Assembly: GCA_041659945.1 (NCBI GenBank)
Contig: JBAZXH010000001.1
Location: 593,903 to 617,902, forward strand
Reading direction: 5' to 3'
DNA from: Candidatus Pacearchaeota archaeon
GTDB taxonomy: Archaea; Nanobdellota; Nanobdellia; Pacearchaeales; GW2011-AR1
DNA: 24,000 bases
In this document: piece after piece, positions 22,333 through 24,000 of the stretch
Numbering within the stretch: position 1 is the stretch's first letter
How the letters are laid out: every line of letters begins with the position of its first letter
Translations under genes and position numbers: made by a program
The notes under the pieces: model-generated
Databases searched by the model: none
Told to the model about the DNA's origin: nothing
What the model saw: the letters and a program-made list of their open reading frames with translations, nothing else

Positions 22333-22878
22333 ATGAAGAGCAATTTGTCTGTTCAAAATATTGTCGCAACTGCCTCACTTGGAAAACCTGTTTCTTTAAC
22401 AAAGCTTGCAAGAACTCAGACTAATACAGAATATAATCCTGAACAATTCCCGGGTTTGGTGCTAAGAATTAAAAAACCAAAATCTGCTGTTTTAGTTTTT
22501 TCTTCTGGAAATCTAGTTTGTACTGGAACAAAATCTACTGCTCAGGTTAAGGAAGTTATTAATCAGGTTATAAAGCAACTTGCAAGAATTGGTGTTAAAA
22601 TAACTGACAAGCCAAAAATAACTGTTCAAAATATTGTCGCTTCTGGAAGTATTGATTTAAAATTGAACCTTAATTATTTAGCATTAGCCCTGGAAAATAC
22701 AGAGTATGAACCTGAACAATTCCCGGGTTTGGTGTATAAATTAATTGAACCAAATGCTACATTTTTATTATTTAGCAATGGAAAGCTTGTTTGTACTGGT
22801 ACAAAGAACAAACAACAGCTTGATGAGAGCATGGTTATACTTAATTCTAATATAAAGAAAGCTTTGGCTGAGAAGTAG
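22333..22878 (+). CDS. tbp: TATA-box binding protein
   Basis: Two direct repeats, each with QNIVA(T/S).., EY(N/E)PEQFPGLV(L/Y).., and F(S/L)SG(N/K)LVCTGTK. Confidence 0.93.
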   Translation: MKSNLSVQNIVATASLGKPVSLTKLARTQTNTEYNPEQFPGLVLRIKKPKSAVLVFSSGNLVCTGTKSTAQVKEVINQVIKQLARIGVKITDKPKITVQNIVASGSIDLKLNLNYLALALENTEYEPEQFPGLVYKLIEPNATFLLFSNGKLVCTGTKNKQQLDESMVILNSNIKKALAEK

Positions 22879-22881
22879 TAA

Positions 22882-23721
22882 TTAAGCAACCTTTTTTGCA
22901 TGTCTTTTATGTTCACTATATTGATCTAAAGTATAAGCTCCTAATTCTCCAAAATCTTGCGGATGTGATTTTATCATGTCAGCTATAAATGAACTTCCAA
23001 AAAATCTGTGAACTGGTTTTTCTCGTAAAATGCTTAATAATGTTCTACTAGTATTTGGTTCTGTTATTGAAGTTTTTATTCTTGAACATGCTTGGTATGC
23101 TTCATTTATCCATAAATCGTGTATGGTTGGCCCAACATTTAATAGATTATATCCTGGACCATTTGGATGCCGTTGAATAAAACCAGTATGTCCAAAAAAA
23201 GAATCCCGAATTAAACCTGTTTTTTGTGCAAGTTCTCCTGCCCAACAAAAATCTCTTAAAGTTCTTTCATCATAAGTTGCTAATTCTGGTTGTAACAATA
23301 AAACAGCTGCCTCGATGGCCATTTCTGGTTTACCAAGAAATGCAAGTTTATCTGCAGTTTTTTCATAAGGTCCTCTTTGTAGTAATCTTCCACTACTAGT
23401 ATTATTAGTTCCCAGTAGATATGCGTAGTAAAGCGCATCAAAATAAGCTTTAGCTGTATCTGGTGTTGTATTAAATTCAACAGCTCTTTGAGCATGATTT
23501 TCTAAATGTATAGGTTGGCAACTTAGTAATGCAAGTGTGTAAATATCTCTTAATTCTGGATCTCTTCTTAATTCATCAAGAAATTTTGTATCACCATCTT
23601 CATCTGTTAATCCAAGAATTTCATTTGCTATTCGCATTGCTGGAGTAGTATTTGTTACAACATTTGCTCTTAATTCTTTTCCTAATCTTCTAACTTTTCC
23701 TAAACGAGGATCTTGTTGCAT
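22882..23721 (-). CDS. Hypothetical helical protein, Arg-rich (Arg>Lys), no recognisable family
   Basis: 279-aa ORF with TTTATAAA (23743-23750) 29 nt upstream of its ATG. By my count it has 20 Arg and 14 Lys, unlike the Lys-dominated neighbours. Confidence 0.6.
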   Translation of the reverse strand: MQQDPRLGKVRRLGKELRANVVTNTTPAMRIANEILGLTDEDGDTKFLDELRRDPELRDIYTLALLSCQPIHLENHAQRAVEFNTTPDTAKAYFDALYYAYLLGTNNTSSGRLLQRGPYEKTADKLAFLGKPEMAIEAAVLLLQPELATYDERTLRDFCWAGELAQKTGLIRDSFFGHTGFIQRHPNGPGYNLLNVGPTIHDLWINEAYQACSRIKTSITEPNTSRTLLSILREKPVHRFFGSSFIADMIKSHPQDFGELGAYTLDQYSEHKRHAKKVA

Positions 23722-23742
23722 AGTAATCTTATTTTGTTTAGG

Positions 23743-23750
23743 TTTATAAA
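23743..23750 (-). promoter_or_regulatory. TATA box TTTATAAA for the 22882..23721 gene
   Basis: 29 nt from ATG 23721 on the minus strand. Confidence 0.55.
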
Positions 23751-23770
23751 GATTTATTTAGTTTAAGATA

Positions 23771-23811
23771 AACAACTAAAATCTAGTTTATTTCGTCTCT
23801 TTTTAGTTGTT
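23771..23811. repeat. 11-bp inverted repeat AACAACTAAAA / TTTTAGTTGTT with 19-nt spacer in a divergent promoter region
   Basis: 23771-23781 and 23801-23811 are perfect reverse complements. They lie between the two divergent TATA elements (23743-23750 and 23851-23857). Confidence 0.5.
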
Positions 23812-23877
23812 AATGGTGGTTTTTTGTGTATGTTGATTGATAGAAATCCATTTAAATGAACATAGGTTTTGATAATC

Positions 23878-24000
23878 ATGGATAAGTTAAAAGTAGAGGA
23901 GATGGTGATAGAGGCTAAGAATTTTTTTAATTCTTACCGAAAAAAGATTGGTGAGGCCATCAGAGAATCTGAAAATATTATATTTGTGAGTTTTAGCGAT
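23878..24000 (+). CDS. 5' end of a gene running out of the window; possible MCM helicase N-terminus
   Basis: The ATG at 23878 is preceded by TTTAAAT (23851-23857), which starts 27 nt upstream of it. MDKLKVEEMVIEAKNFFNSYRKKIGEAIRESENIIFVSFSD fits the archaeal MCM N-terminal pattern (F..FF..Y...I.eai......i.vdf.dL). Only 41 codons are visible. Confidence 0.35.
   Translation, partial: MDKLKVEEMVIEAKNFFNSYRKKIGEAIRESENIIFVSFSD

Overview
AT-rich (about 30-35% GC by eye) archaeal chromosome fragment. It is probably from a small-genome DPANN-type archaeon. That is an inference from eL15, TBP, a Lig1-type ATP-dependent DNA ligase, a possible MCM N-terminus, TTTATAAA TATA boxes 27-30 nt upstream of start codons, and a giant PEGA/dockerin/LamG surface protein. 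Layout: (i) 1-4484 is an integrated plasmid/virus-like replicon. It is one tightly overlapping gene train encoding a tyrosine integrase (truncated by the window edge), small wHTH proteins, a minimal PrimPol, a P-loop-like replication protein, a serine recombinase and small membrane proteins. (ii) 4485-11830 is an accessory region ending at the 3' end of tRNA-Glu(UUC). It holds a translationally coupled pair of paralogous PPDK_N-type ATP-grasp proteins with no PEP-binding barrel, behind the only clearly leadered promoter seen here and next to a small wHTH gene. It also holds a Zn-ribbon/secreted-glycoprotein/membrane-protein module and two extended wHTH proteins with a membrane protein. (iii) 11840-24000 is mostly core: two tRNAs, an EgtD-like methyltransferase, a DUF2284-like Cys protein, eL15, NUDIX, DNA ligase, TBP, an unknown Arg-rich protein and a probable MCM start. 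This core is interrupted by a 1497-aa surface protein that is translationally coupled to a Cys-rich membrane-anchored partner sharing a ~45-aa module with it. No rRNA, CRISPR array or IS element was seen. The most promising candidates for something undescribed are the ATP-grasp pair with its regulatory region, the giant-protein/partner pair with its new repeat family, and the dual-recombinase replicon. All homology statements come from motif recognition by eye, not from database searches.
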